From a virus (lineage: Duplodnaviria; Caudoviricetes), in IMG/VR virus record IMGVR_UViG_3300031566_000031, positions 1 to 59,261 of that record: a DNA stretch of 59,261 bases. One strand, 5' to 3'. The notes beneath the pieces were generated by a model that was not told where the DNA came from, did no database searches, and worked only from the letters and a program-made list of their open reading frames with translations. Below are positions 13,001-20,210 of this stretch, in pieces. Position 1 is the stretch's first letter. Each line of letters opens with the position of its first letter. Position numbers and translations under genes: made by a program.

Positions 13001-15104
13001 TGCCGCGGCGCTTGACGGACCCATCTTGGAGAGCGCGGGGGATCCTCTCGCTGACGAGATTCGGATCATCGACGCAACGCCGATTGCAAATACGACCTTC
13101 GATCCCGACCCTGATGCCGTGGTCTACGAGAGCGTGCCGGGACGCTTTGCGTTCAACCTCAGTCAACCGAATTGGGATGACATTCACGGCAACACCGCAG
13201 GTGCCTCCGAGGTCAACTGTCTGTTCCCCAGCGACGAGATTATGACCGTGGATGGCTCAGGTGGCGGGGCCATTTCCGGGGCTCCTCCGGGGTTCAGCGC
13301 CCAGGCCGGTGTGTTTTTTGAGCCGTCGGTCCCGCGACCCACTCTGGACCTCGCAACAGGTGGGGCGAAGGTCGTGGACGCCACGCACTCCCTGGCAGCC
13401 GGCCAGATTGGCATGCGGCCCAGCGGCGCTTTCGGAATCGTGGTTTCGCCCGAGTTTGTGACCTTTGCGGTCCGGCGTCCGCGTCGCTACCACGTCGCAC
13501 AGGACAACATCGGCGAACTACTTACGCCGCTTCGGTTCGCCTACGAGATTCGCAAGGGCACGATTGACGCCTTCGGCCCCGACACCCTCCCCCCGCAGAA
13601 CGAGGAGTGGCCTTACGTGATCGAGGCGGCAGGCGCGACGCAGCTTGGCGCATTTGACGACGAGGACGTGAACGTCAACCCCGGGGATTTCTTCCGCCTG
13701 CTCGATGCGAATGGCACGGTGGAGCAAGAGGTTGAGATCGGGGCGGTGGTGGATTCGACGCGACTCGCCCTCAAGGCCCCAGGGCTGTTTCCTGTTGTGG
13801 GTGGCTTCGCCGGTCGGTCCTTTGAGATCTACCTGCGCAAACCTCCGGTTCCGCATCTCCAGTCGAACCAACAGCTTCTCGACCTGCTCACCGACGAGGT
13901 GGTGTTGGAGCGGACTGCGGACTACTCGATGCAGGATGGCGGCTGGGTTCCTACCGAGTCGGACCCGCAGGCTCCCCGTCGCCTCAAGGACACGGACACC
14001 TCGATCAACTTCGCGGCAATCGTGCAGGAGGGGGACATTGTGATCATCGACCCCGCAGGCGATGTAGAGGGCCCCGGCGGGCTTCCGGCGACAGGGCAGG
14101 AGCGAGGCACCCGGCCTTTCGGGGACCGCTCTGTGCCCACACGGCTCGTTGCACAGCCGGGTCAAGAGGTGCCCTACCTTGCGGGCGGGCCTGCCGAGCT
14201 TGACGACAACCGTGGCTGGTATCGTGTCTCCACCGTCTCGACAACGGACGTGGAGGTCGAGGCGAATAACGTCTACGCAGGCCCCGCTGGGGGACCTGTC
14301 ACTTTCGGCACTGACGCCGAATACGCGGTCTACCCGACGATCACAGGGTCCACCGCGCACTTTGCCGACCCGCCCGGATTCGGAAACGAGGGGCAGAATG
14401 ACCTTCGACCGACCGGCTTTGCAGGGGAGTTCGGCTCACCTCCCGACTCGTACCAGGGCAACCTGTTCTCTATCGGACCCTTCAGCTATCGGATCATTCG
14501 ACCCTCGGCCCTGTTTTCAGACGAGGCGGTGGACCTGATTCTGATGATGCGCGAGCGGATGTTGAGCTTCGTTGAGGAATTCGATTCGCTGCTCACAGGC
14601 CGCAAGTTCGGATCCTATTTCGTGTTCCAGCGCGACTCGCACATCGCCGATCTCGGGAATCCTCTTATCCCTGACGATGGGTTAGGGGTTATGTCGAACG
14701 CGCTGATCAGAGGGATCCAGGGGGAAACCCAAATTTCGCCCTATGCGAACACCTCCGACAGCTTGTCGGTGCTGGGCCGCCGCTTTTGGGTCAACGATTA
14801 CCGGCTCGACGGTGAGACACCCCCCTTCCAGGCTGGGGTCCCGACCTACGCGACGCTGGAGAGCAACGACGGGAACCCCGTGGCAGACGAAGGCGACGGC
14901 CGCCCGGTCCTCCCCGATCAGATTGATGAGATTCTGAATACCAACGACCAATTCCGACCTCTCCGCCTTGCTTGGATCGACTACCGGGTGAACCGGGAGG
15001 ACGGAAAACTGGCGGAGATCCGCTTCAACGAACGGCGCCTGCCGAAGAACCTTGCCCGACAACGCCGCGCGTTGCGGCAGAAGAAAACGACGGATTCAAT
15101 CTGA
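4062..15104 (+). CDS. Giant baseplate-associated structural protein with repeated beta-rich modules, 3680 aa
   Basis: Uninterrupted 11-kb ORF with the same codon bias as its neighbours. Acidic and beta-rich, with recurring GxLxF...VxY motifs. Lies between spike and wedge genes. Confidence 0.7.
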   Translation: MGFDLSGFVLRPIRTAPANALTTDEAVNGVATDFKPLPEDYTIQSNVPDLVDVAAEQYRASTLYRTEDGQTEYILWAANTSNTYVREGLAVEVGNPESQDAAGSKVVVVLSGSESVYDDNAGEPVVREDGSIRFSVRDVAGQSVSSVSSILVRRGDDGSEISFTSNDLSFNPTTGIAALTNSTKIGQAVASAVSLSGGISKLRGDKITVVYYTLASVRFWWSRNDRYETRFQWDGLNERWAPLRGGAPRNLGRLLPDSAYVLSPNPNAQIGSYLTGNSDDPDDYCMVRLGVRPDAASVPVAEPVAPSGFGGILVVTDEEAEEEYDFLTLAPTASAVMGQATGTLQWNPAFLDEYAGQVVWYSYRSFGTANESVSLGGLEGADLEPLFLAPIPAPTEYPFIRIGNRNPLEAVLVDTDALLFVKTIEEGQVGLSLSTGRLKFSAADIAKSDPESATFNASYLGSVVFYTGIAMTPVPVEMRAPVRLVGSSGTPSDVSEDKKQILYVPDAIPLPSPGISGVQHIPDRTGGIPDPSIDPSIRANGSNLIREVRGDWDLILFSDDGRVFRRVIVVDDDEEIPRFPFRRAKGDAYLNLNLGSGGSAVKIGKDDRKRFQGQKLWFRQSAVQPAVYAPDARIYSRVRDNVTLLGTETFRFAVNGTEYAWDAASDFGGVATSAGGTFTVAEIATSLAAASDPDVIKVRAARLVIQSPDVINGAHVGSVEIGFGPDSAETPVDPTGTSALGFLPAWRVVVDLQDPSNDRRWLPDSGIHVGIRRSPLNLDGTQDIPDVKHRAAISDVPLSEDIPGNTVVLLDKIPLEDEPGYDEDVFFRLEAGLSQKNLEHYDEVLHEFGLGRFMWIDQETTFQLIEQPVLDLNLGKQSVVPDSFRLPGKGLFVSAFGGPFEQQALGTDFLLPFAGAPGSAKLIEVISGRSTLGALGQFTAGLTTFRDPGADTDFVALGAGVGYQLKITTGDAQGTYIVTAAPTDPKELQITPAFPRTGNRESWELYEGVDKETNDLSIVASEIFTEFNHLPEEPFKIRVLSPLGPLPADAASQDAGRLVGVFGDALANSRPISIRFGLPPGSPEASLVRLGQEFLGSLQNALVVPTPTDERFVNESFSIRVGTKTYTFADGNIVKVPGVLTIGLAGDIIEVQDISGILNFGSEVFTQFQGADVYYVEGFSDPDLAPTDLPPGTVEYRADDGVLNFNGTDLATYAGMETHLVEQMVTEAGLDVALNPLNGSFLFTKPLREQQIVEVEYFQAAQGTGEQLLVPDPNFIALQAGDEAPLVPVEVVEVLPLFVRQEVATKPEVPPNSIVPQDFKRVWRFNPTERTVRDDIEPQVYINNNLCNVGGSASPVCTFDYVNSRILFQETQPDDADVLITYSVNEAFGGEASYTVSTFPVYRPPFFIEANKTEFVLESDRTDDVVPGKIMRVGAAPLYITGSTFDGENTTVEFFPETETEIGSRAPGNDTLSLLSDRPIVKAHNPAAGDGYWRVIDVPYEPVNKGFTSITFSGDLTALAVPGYLLEMAGYPFIVSGSSLTEDGLRTVINMTTPSPTGFFSGQDEARLSIRPVYPPSPALFVGVGAVLPEEEFEAVLFGEKDTEGNDAPGRTLRLTLDYALDFNTGAIEFLAPTQAPLGPLQTLYFRRTQVDVLAPFIADNAIVNPRFLARFVHAIAPSEDNGLRGKILRASYTYSAPDTFYWRTLPLTDYMGEIASEISADVANQLPSNGASPSIPPAIRNETQGTLGLRAQIESLYDEDRAARVFIDFYNNVVLAFEQVQETISGGIIGDRDGKFKFFVGRGINIPPPGYEDAISGRVNTRNIFSELFFAYNHKLIFLTRDPLVEPDSASLNVDKIEGRFMDPDFLGELARQQREFAQNDIDDLVLVKRNRIRIVSLIPFRIEATGRYERLGDPNRFSRLFPQRAEAFFLTAPGIGSDLDATPVEPGVYAFRKRVSRLSFKGGLQLPKRASTFRKTIAEVSNPVLGSLEGISRFTLRERLPRARVFRYSETGFPELDDDLNAAGFDNFTDNPRPAVIASILPLHEFPLRADGMPDIKQLIAQGGGLPDLTTGDADLVTPPFEGIVTDNGSYPMLAFGRPNGDIIDVGITDTLDIAFLTFSSPVFKKMFVGEVMLGCVITFSDDKGEVVTEAGDVIQLGEEPEDGEPLVLSRGDTIFVTPPDVDLEPADPPDNETTAVSAEGLPGYRIGFDVKLDRGDGEVVDITFPSFKDPSIFGLKEMFGQKPPKPLDHMEADVSFRNSLVSPAPLPALLGQPLNDSGDYTLPYLVAGNTEIDRLGEVARAFDLLLALDTPNPSAVYPDEVLGNDGAVIGTYVDGGLQAGALITTQDATPVLTAGGAYTPHSGIGDVESFDFLFIQTGQAGILPDAQGMLSVGSVESDGVTSVIEPPRFVTPTGPATRFRYVFNNALSYILQPATPAPPGMRVQRIGTDTIFDCTSISPGFLVFNDGTAPPSVTGGLNDIINPPDAGFAYPANGNVIRIHLWTADDGVNPVTFLQTITIAMNGALAPTVDGDLGTPVIGPGGVTFDQQVLTIDSAAFVTLGAGGLPLDPTNPPYTVPLWFTIDVDTSAAGGAGVGGASFTGHIDRDRLSFVESYDLRSVRSRNDGPVDAVSVVSELSVTAVSGPGGAEDITVNAPVEVNGGAPFTWNDRANIFPFTGGEFDFTLGEGRIKVMAFEGHGNVEIEAAEPLIFSALPSSLSDENGVIATGSGLCEGGLTDFDNRLQTSIVGITGGSLDNVEPGDVCHITRAADPSAHATAKAGTYLVKHAIQPDPASSLKEFAFRAKTLPMNSTASFIAFTFPKITEFQALAFKIFVDVAELSNGDPMWLPPAAGTRIYVLPDLGDITKVISVEYTFYDAAAGEFHFDPLTIEDADGGGLGIADLLNAAQVGAYVSGFSFAEVRPDRGTGQPRNLVGWRQQGAVPSHAAYGFKFVSLFNPKLDPPAISGEFPGGTKTFDFAAALDGPILESAGDPLADEIRIIDATPIANTTFDPDPDAVVYESVPGRFAFNLSQPNWDDIHGNTAGASEVNCLFPSDEIMTVDGSGGGAISGAPPGFSAQAGVFFEPSVPRPTLDLATGGAKVVDATHSLAAGQIGMRPSGAFGIVVSPEFVTFAVRRPRRYHVAQDNIGELLTPLRFAYEIRKGTIDAFGPDTLPPQNEEWPYVIEAAGATQLGAFDDEDVNVNPGDFFRLLDANGTVEQEVEIGAVVDSTRLALKAPGLFPVVGGFAGRSFEIYLRKPPVPHLQSNQQLLDLLTDEVVLERTADYSMQDGGWVPTESDPQAPRRLKDTDTSINFAAIVQEGDIVIIDPAGDVEGPGGLPATGQERGTRPFGDRSVPTRLVAQPGQEVPYLAGGPAELDDNRGWYRVSTVSTTDVEVEANNVYAGPAGGPVTFGTDAEYAVYPTITGSTAHFADPPGFGNEGQNDLRPTGFAGEFGSPPDSYQGNLFSIGPFSYRIIRPSALFSDEAVDLILMMRERMLSFVEEFDSLLTGRKFGSYFVFQRDSHIADLGNPLIPDDGLGVMSNALIRGIQGETQISPYANTSDSLSVLGRRFWVNDYRLDGETPPFQAGVPTYATLESNDGNPVADEGDGRPVLPDQIDEILNTNDQFRPLRLAWIDYRVNREDGKLAEIRFNERRLPKNLARQRRALRQKKTTDSI

Positions 15105-15361
15105 TGGACTGGGACGAGAACATTACAGTCGAAGAGGCCCGCCAGAAGCTCAAGGACATGGGGTTGCCCGTGGACGAGTGGGAAGGCGACGCGGAGTCCG
15201 ACAAGGACTCTCCCGCCTTCACCCTTCCGACCTTCAGGCGGTTGGCTGAAGGGGCACAGGTGTTGGCTGAGATGCTGGAGAAGCGCATCGTGGAGGACCA
15301 AGCCACCATCGCGCACCTCAAGGAAAAGGAGGCCCGTTTGCTTCACGGCGGCGGCAGGTAG
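15104..15361 (+). CDS. Small helical/coiled-coil hypothetical protein, 85 aa (MDWDENITVEEARQKL...)
   Basis: ATG at 15104 overlaps the TGA of the giant gene (TGATG). I prefer this start to the track's 14972 start, which overlaps the upstream gene by 133 nt. Confidence 0.7.
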   Translation: MDWDENITVEEARQKLKDMGLPVDEWEGDAESDKDSPAFTLPTFRRLAEGAQVLAEMLEKRIVEDQATIAHLKEKEARLLHGGGR

Positions 15362-15364
15362 GCG

Positions 15365-18136
15365 ATGCCGAATCCCGAATCAGGTGGTGGGGCGCAGGGC
15401 GCTATTGGCAAATGGCAGACGGTCAATCTTGCCATTCCCGATTTCTTGGCGGAGATCCGTCAAGCGATCAACGCCTTCTTCTCCGCCATCATTCAGCTAC
15501 TCAACATCCTCCTTGCGATCTTGGAGGTGTTGAAAACGCTGATGTTCGGGTTCCTCGATCCGATCATTGCGCTCATCGAAGCGCTGCTCACGGCCATCGA
15601 GAATTTCCTACGCGACCTACGGAACGCGGGGTTGTATATCCACGGGGATTTCTACATCCTTGAGGGCCCTGAATTCAAGGATCTGCTCGGTGGCTACAAC
15701 GCCTACGAGACTCGGATGGTCACGCGGCTCGTAGACCGCCGCGATCCAAACCGTCCCGATCTTTCGCCACGCTCGGCATGTCTGGCGGTGTTCCTCTACG
15801 TGTCGGTGGACCTCACGTCCTTCCACCGTCTCATGCGGCTGTTGCGAGGCATCCTCGCGCTATTCAACCGCAAGGTTCCCAACCTCCCCGCCGTCGGGCA
15901 GGTCACGGCAGTGAACGCGCAGTTCGGTTTGGAAGGCGCGTCCATCTTCTCGTACAAGAAATCGTTCTTCCCCGACTTTCGATTCAAGGACCCCGACGAC
16001 GATCCATTTGAGCCAGCCGCGATCAACACAGTCAATTTGACGTGGCGGATGGCCCCCGCGCCGGGCAACTTCTTGACGCTGTTCGCCCAACTTCCACCGC
16101 GGGGGTTCTTGGTTGAGATCAGCACCATCTACCAACCTCTCAAGCTCGCCTACGAGAAGCCCCCGAAGGGTGCGGACCAAGCAAACACCGCAGACCCCTC
16201 CCTTCCTGCACCAAAGCGTGAAGCTGGATTCATCGTGGACGAAGATGGCGTGCCCATCTCACTCACAGGTGGTGCTGATTGGATCAGCCCCACTACACGA
16301 GCCAACTTTCGGTTCAACAGCGTGGCAGGTTTCGGCCCGACGCTTCAGCCGAAGATCTACGGGATCAAGACCCTCGCCGATGCGGTGCCTGTGCCTCTTG
16401 AGGATCTGAAGCAGGGCAGCAAATACTATCTCCAAAAGACCTTCTTTGTCCCCACGGCACAGAGTTTGTTTTTCCCCGGCAAGGGTTACGGCGTCTCGCT
16501 TCAGTTTGACGACATGCCTTTCGGCGCCGAATGGGAGTTCAACAACGGCAAGGCCAAGCGTATCGCCGATGACGAGCAGCCCCTTCGCTACTTCGTCCGT
16601 GTCCGCGCGGTCACGAAGAACATCGGCGACGTGGGTGTCTACCAGTACGAGCTTGACTCCGCGGATTTTGAGCGACCCGCCCCCATTCAGGCTCGCCTCC
16701 CCGAAGGGATCGACTTCAACAACGTGGGTCCGCCCTCGGCTCCCTTTGAGCTTGTGTGGCCCTCGGCCAACACGGTCTCCTACCTGAATTGCATTGCGAA
16801 CGCACTCGCTCTCATGGTGCTCTCGCGGTCTGACCTTGCCGCCAAGCTGAACGTGGGCGACCCGCCCGAGGATGGCTCGGCGGCTGCGGAGACGATTGCG
16901 AATTTCCCGTCCGATCCATGGGTCCCTTGGTCCGCATTTGATGGCAGCGTCCGTCAACGTACCGGCCTGGAGGACGCTGCCAAGATCCTATTGCCCCGTC
17001 TCATCGGCCGGTCGCGTGCGGTGTCCAAATACTACGAGGGGGCGAAGGGGGACAACGTTGCCAAGTGGAGGTTGAACCTCCACAAGCGCTGCGTAAACCT
17101 CGCCAACTTCATCTACCGGCAAAACCGTCCGACGGCGACGATCGAGAAGCTGGTCGTGGATTCGTGCCAAGACCTCCTCGATTTCGATTTCGCCGACCTC
17201 CAAGGGTACGACGACGAGGGGTCGAACAAGAGCAGCCCTTTGAACCTGGAAGGCGGGTTCCTGTCCATGCTGTTGGATACACGAGAGCGTGCAGGCATCG
17301 CCCCAAATATCGACTCGACGGGACTGCCAAACCCTCTGGAGGCGAGGAACCGTGCGGAGGATCTAAACTTCCTGTTGCGTCTCCCTCACTTTTTCCAGGC
17401 TGACAACAACGGCCGGAACCCCCCAGCCCCAGACCCCGAGCCGGAGCTTGACGATCGCCGCATTATGTCTGAGGGGCTTGACGCGGCCCTCGGGAATGAC
17501 CCCGTGATCGGGGTATCAGAGTTGACAGTGCGGGCGGACGACGTGAACGCGCCGGTATTCGGCAAGGGCTCCCGTGACGGAGACGTTCCGATCATCTACC
17601 AGCGGAACCACCGGACGATCCTACGGATGGATTTCATCCGCAATGTGGTGCCTGACAACGTGTACGAGCAGGCCGCCCTGGCGCTTCGACTCGGGATGGG
17701 TCCGCTCGTTCGCCCGCAGGAGAAGGGCTGGATTGCCATCCGCCTCTTTCCGCAGGGCATCCCCGATATCGACCGTTTCCTTGAGGAGCTTCTTGCTCTG
17801 CTCAAATCGATCAAGGCGGCGCTTCAGTCCATCGCCGATCTCATCCGTCGCTTCATCGAGTTCCTCCAAGCACGCATCATCGAGCTTCAGGCTCTCCTCA
17901 ATCGGATCAACGCGGTGATTCAGAACCTTCTCCGCTTGTTCGGTGGGCTTCCCGCCGTCGCGGGTTTGATCACGATTGCTGACGGCACAGACGGCGTGTT
18001 GGCTTCGCTGGTGAGTGCGCAGAACAAGCCCTTCGACTCGCCCGCCGCTTATGGTGGTGGGGTCGTCCTGCTGGCGGGTGGTATCCCGACCATCGCCTTG
18101 GACATTTTCAAGGCGCTCGTACAAGGAGACGGCTGA
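15365..18136 (+). CDS. Virion protein with long amphipathic helical N- and C-terminal regions, 923 aa
   Basis: Long ORF 3 nt after the previous stop. Both termini are Leu/Ile-rich amphipathic helices. Function unknown. Confidence 0.65.
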   Translation: MPNPESGGGAQGAIGKWQTVNLAIPDFLAEIRQAINAFFSAIIQLLNILLAILEVLKTLMFGFLDPIIALIEALLTAIENFLRDLRNAGLYIHGDFYILEGPEFKDLLGGYNAYETRMVTRLVDRRDPNRPDLSPRSACLAVFLYVSVDLTSFHRLMRLLRGILALFNRKVPNLPAVGQVTAVNAQFGLEGASIFSYKKSFFPDFRFKDPDDDPFEPAAINTVNLTWRMAPAPGNFLTLFAQLPPRGFLVEISTIYQPLKLAYEKPPKGADQANTADPSLPAPKREAGFIVDEDGVPISLTGGADWISPTTRANFRFNSVAGFGPTLQPKIYGIKTLADAVPVPLEDLKQGSKYYLQKTFFVPTAQSLFFPGKGYGVSLQFDDMPFGAEWEFNNGKAKRIADDEQPLRYFVRVRAVTKNIGDVGVYQYELDSADFERPAPIQARLPEGIDFNNVGPPSAPFELVWPSANTVSYLNCIANALALMVLSRSDLAAKLNVGDPPEDGSAAAETIANFPSDPWVPWSAFDGSVRQRTGLEDAAKILLPRLIGRSRAVSKYYEGAKGDNVAKWRLNLHKRCVNLANFIYRQNRPTATIEKLVVDSCQDLLDFDFADLQGYDDEGSNKSSPLNLEGGFLSMLLDTRERAGIAPNIDSTGLPNPLEARNRAEDLNFLLRLPHFFQADNNGRNPPAPDPEPELDDRRIMSEGLDAALGNDPVIGVSELTVRADDVNAPVFGKGSRDGDVPIIYQRNHRTILRMDFIRNVVPDNVYEQAALALRLGMGPLVRPQEKGWIAIRLFPQGIPDIDRFLEELLALLKSIKAALQSIADLIRRFIEFLQARIIELQALLNRINAVIQNLLRLFGGLPAVAGLITIADGTDGVLASLVSAQNKPFDSPAAYGGGVVLLAGGIPTIALDIFKALVQGDG

Positions 18137-19032
18137 TGCACGGTTTCCTCGGCGCCTTCCGGCAAACGCAATGGCTCAACTTTCGCCGCTACATCCTCAA
18201 CGAGAGGCGGGCGGTTGATGCTCGTGTTGCGGTGATCGACGCGGAGCTTGGGCGCATCGGCGAGATCAAGATCTCGTACCTCCAGAGGGAGCGCACGATC
18301 GCCCGGGACGATGGGAGCACCCAGTCAGTCTCGGTTACGACGGAGCGCCGTAGGGGCTTCCATGTCACCGACGGTTCCTCGCTCCACAAGCTCTGTCAGG
18401 CGTTCATCGCTCAGGGTGGGTCGCCCCTCGACATTTCGATGTTCCTTCAACCCGACGCGGTTGAGTTTGCCAACGATGTGGACCCCGACCAGGACCCGGA
18501 TGACGACCCGGGTGCAGTTTTCAACCAAGAAGAGGTGTCGGGGGTGGTCAATGCGCAGCCGCACTTTGGTGTTATCGGGCATATTGGCGACAGTCCTGGC
18601 ATCGGTGGGGGTGACAAAAGTGGGTGGCCAACCTGGGGCCGTTTCTCCTGGGCGCGCATTGGTCGAAACGCGGATACCGCGGAAGCCTCCCGCGACCATG
18701 CGATCAAGATGGACTGGGCCCGAAGGTGGGCGAGCCAGAGTCTCGACGCGTTGAATCACATCGAGTGGAAGATTATTAAGCTCATGGACCTCCGTGAGCA
18801 GTTGATCAAAGAGCGGGACAACCTTCTCCGTCAGTCCGTGGGTGGTTCGGTGGACAGTCTCCCCCTGCCGGACGAGACCCGCTACCACTCGTCCCTGCAC
18901 GTCACGGCCATCGTCCAGTTCTTCGATTCGATTTTCTACAATGGGAGCTTCGACTCGCCGAATTTCGACAATCTCTCGCAGTTTGACACCCTCTGGCGCG
19001 ACCGCCCTGAAGACGACCCCTACCACACCTAA
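18136..19032 (+). CDS. Hypothetical protein in the baseplate cluster, 298 aa
   Basis: TGATG overlap with the upstream gene, typical codon usage, an acidic loop (DVDPDQDPDDDPG) and a helical C-terminal part. Confidence 0.65.
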   Translation: MHGFLGAFRQTQWLNFRRYILNERRAVDARVAVIDAELGRIGEIKISYLQRERTIARDDGSTQSVSVTTERRRGFHVTDGSSLHKLCQAFIAQGGSPLDISMFLQPDAVEFANDVDPDQDPDDDPGAVFNQEEVSGVVNAQPHFGVIGHIGDSPGIGGGDKSGWPTWGRFSWARIGRNADTAEASRDHAIKMDWARRWASQSLDALNHIEWKIIKLMDLREQLIKERDNLLRQSVGGSVDSLPLPDETRYHSSLHVTAIVQFFDSIFYNGSFDSPNFDNLSQFDTLWRDRPEDDPYHT

Positions 19033-19035
19033 TTC

Positions 19036-19059
19036 GCCTATAGACGGCCATCTACGAAG
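19036..19059 (+). promoter_or_regulatory. Putative phage late promoter motif, copy 1
   Basis: GCCTATAG-N10-ACGAAG in the 29-nt gap before the 19062 gene. The same motif recurs in four other intergenic gaps. Confidence 0.55.
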
Positions 19060-19061
19060 CT

Positions 19062-20207
19062 ATGACTACCGATTTCCAGCTTGGATACGCGTGCCCCCAC
19101 CTGACGGTGGAGGAGCGTGTACTTCTGGGCAGCGACCGCCGCTCGCTGGAGACGCGTCAGCCCGTCTCGTCGGAGGATTTCGTTCAGATCTCAGTCAACA
19201 ACGGCGTGAATATCCCCAGGGAGGGCCTTCTCTCGCCTGCACAGGTCACGGGTGCCGTTTCGGGCCCCTTTATGATCCGGCAGAATGAGAACACGATCAC
19301 CTTGCGCAACAGCCAGGGCTTGATCTCGGATTTCGCCCTGCCTGTAGGCACCCGTGTGACCGCGGATCGGATCGTGGAGTTGCTCAACGCGCAGAGACTC
19401 AACCAGGGCATCGGAATCGTCGCTGAGAGCTTGAAGGGATTTCTGCGATTCAGCGACATTGATGTGCTCGGGCCCGCGTCCCGGATCGAGATTCGTGGTC
19501 CGGCGGCGGCGGCGATAGGGTTCGTGAATCAAATTGCCGCGAAGGGGGCGACGGTGTTCCCGGGCTGGGAGATGGCCGCGCGCGAGGATCTCGTCAACAC
19601 GATCAATCTGAACCAACTCATCGTGGTGACGAATCGGTTTCCCAAGTTCGTCAAGCCGATTAAGTCGGACCCTGTGATCAAAGTGACCTACGCAACGCTC
19701 CAGTCGCGGTGCCGCAGGTGTCGAACCGTCGGGTTTGAGAACGACATGCGCTTCGACATTCAGGGTGAGCCCATCCAGATCAGGAACGAGGATCTGCTCA
19801 ATCAATCTCTGCTCAAGCTGATCACGACGGAGAAGGGCTCCAACCCCTTCCACAACTTTTATGGCACCGACCTCCACGCCCGCATCGGCATGAAGGCGCA
19901 GGGGGCAGCCGTCACCACAATCACCGAGGACGTTCTTCGCGCCGTAGACAACTTCAAACGGCTTCAGCAGATCGCAGGGCAATTTCAGAGCGTCTCCGCA
20001 AAAGAGCGTCTGTTCCAAGTTCTGTCGGTCAACGTCTCCGCGAGCCCGGTGGACCCGACCGTGTTCCTTGTGGAGATCGTGGGGTCCAACGCCTCGGGTC
20101 AACAGGTCAACGTCAGCACGGTGTTCGCTGCACCAGGATCCGCTGCGCTTGTCGGAAGCAACGGTCAGTCCCTCGGCCTCGCGCCGGATCCCAACGAGGA
20201 AAATTAG
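19062..20207 (+). CDS. Baseplate wedge / sheath-initiator protein with a C-terminal gp25/GpW-like domain, 381 aa
   Basis: C-terminal DMRFDIQGEPIQIRNEDLLNQSLLKLITTEKGSNPFHNFYGTDL matches the gp25/GpW pattern (L.T..G.R/NPF.P.YG). Directly upstream of the baseplate-J-like gene. Confidence 0.75.
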   Translation: MTTDFQLGYACPHLTVEERVLLGSDRRSLETRQPVSSEDFVQISVNNGVNIPREGLLSPAQVTGAVSGPFMIRQNENTITLRNSQGLISDFALPVGTRVTADRIVELLNAQRLNQGIGIVAESLKGFLRFSDIDVLGPASRIEIRGPAAAAIGFVNQIAAKGATVFPGWEMAAREDLVNTINLNQLIVVTNRFPKFVKPIKSDPVIKVTYATLQSRCRRCRTVGFENDMRFDIQGEPIQIRNEDLLNQSLLKLITTEKGSNPFHNFYGTDLHARIGMKAQGAAVTTITEDVLRAVDNFKRLQQIAGQFQSVSAKERLFQVLSVNVSASPVDPTVFLVEIVGSNASGQQVNVSTVFAAPGSAALVGSNGQSLGLAPDPNEEN

Positions 20208-20210
20208 CGC

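Noticed and set aside
14972-15103. ORF-track start at 14972 for the small gene ending at 15361
   Set aside because: It overlaps the 3680-aa gene by 133 nt. The TGATG-coupled ATG at 15104 matches the pattern used elsewhere.
4062-15104. Giant ORF as tape-measure protein, or as containing an intein/intron
   Set aside because: It is beta-rich, acidic and Pro-rich rather than helical and Ala-rich. I saw no intein C-terminal HN-C/S/T junction with a LAGLIDADG block and no frame break.
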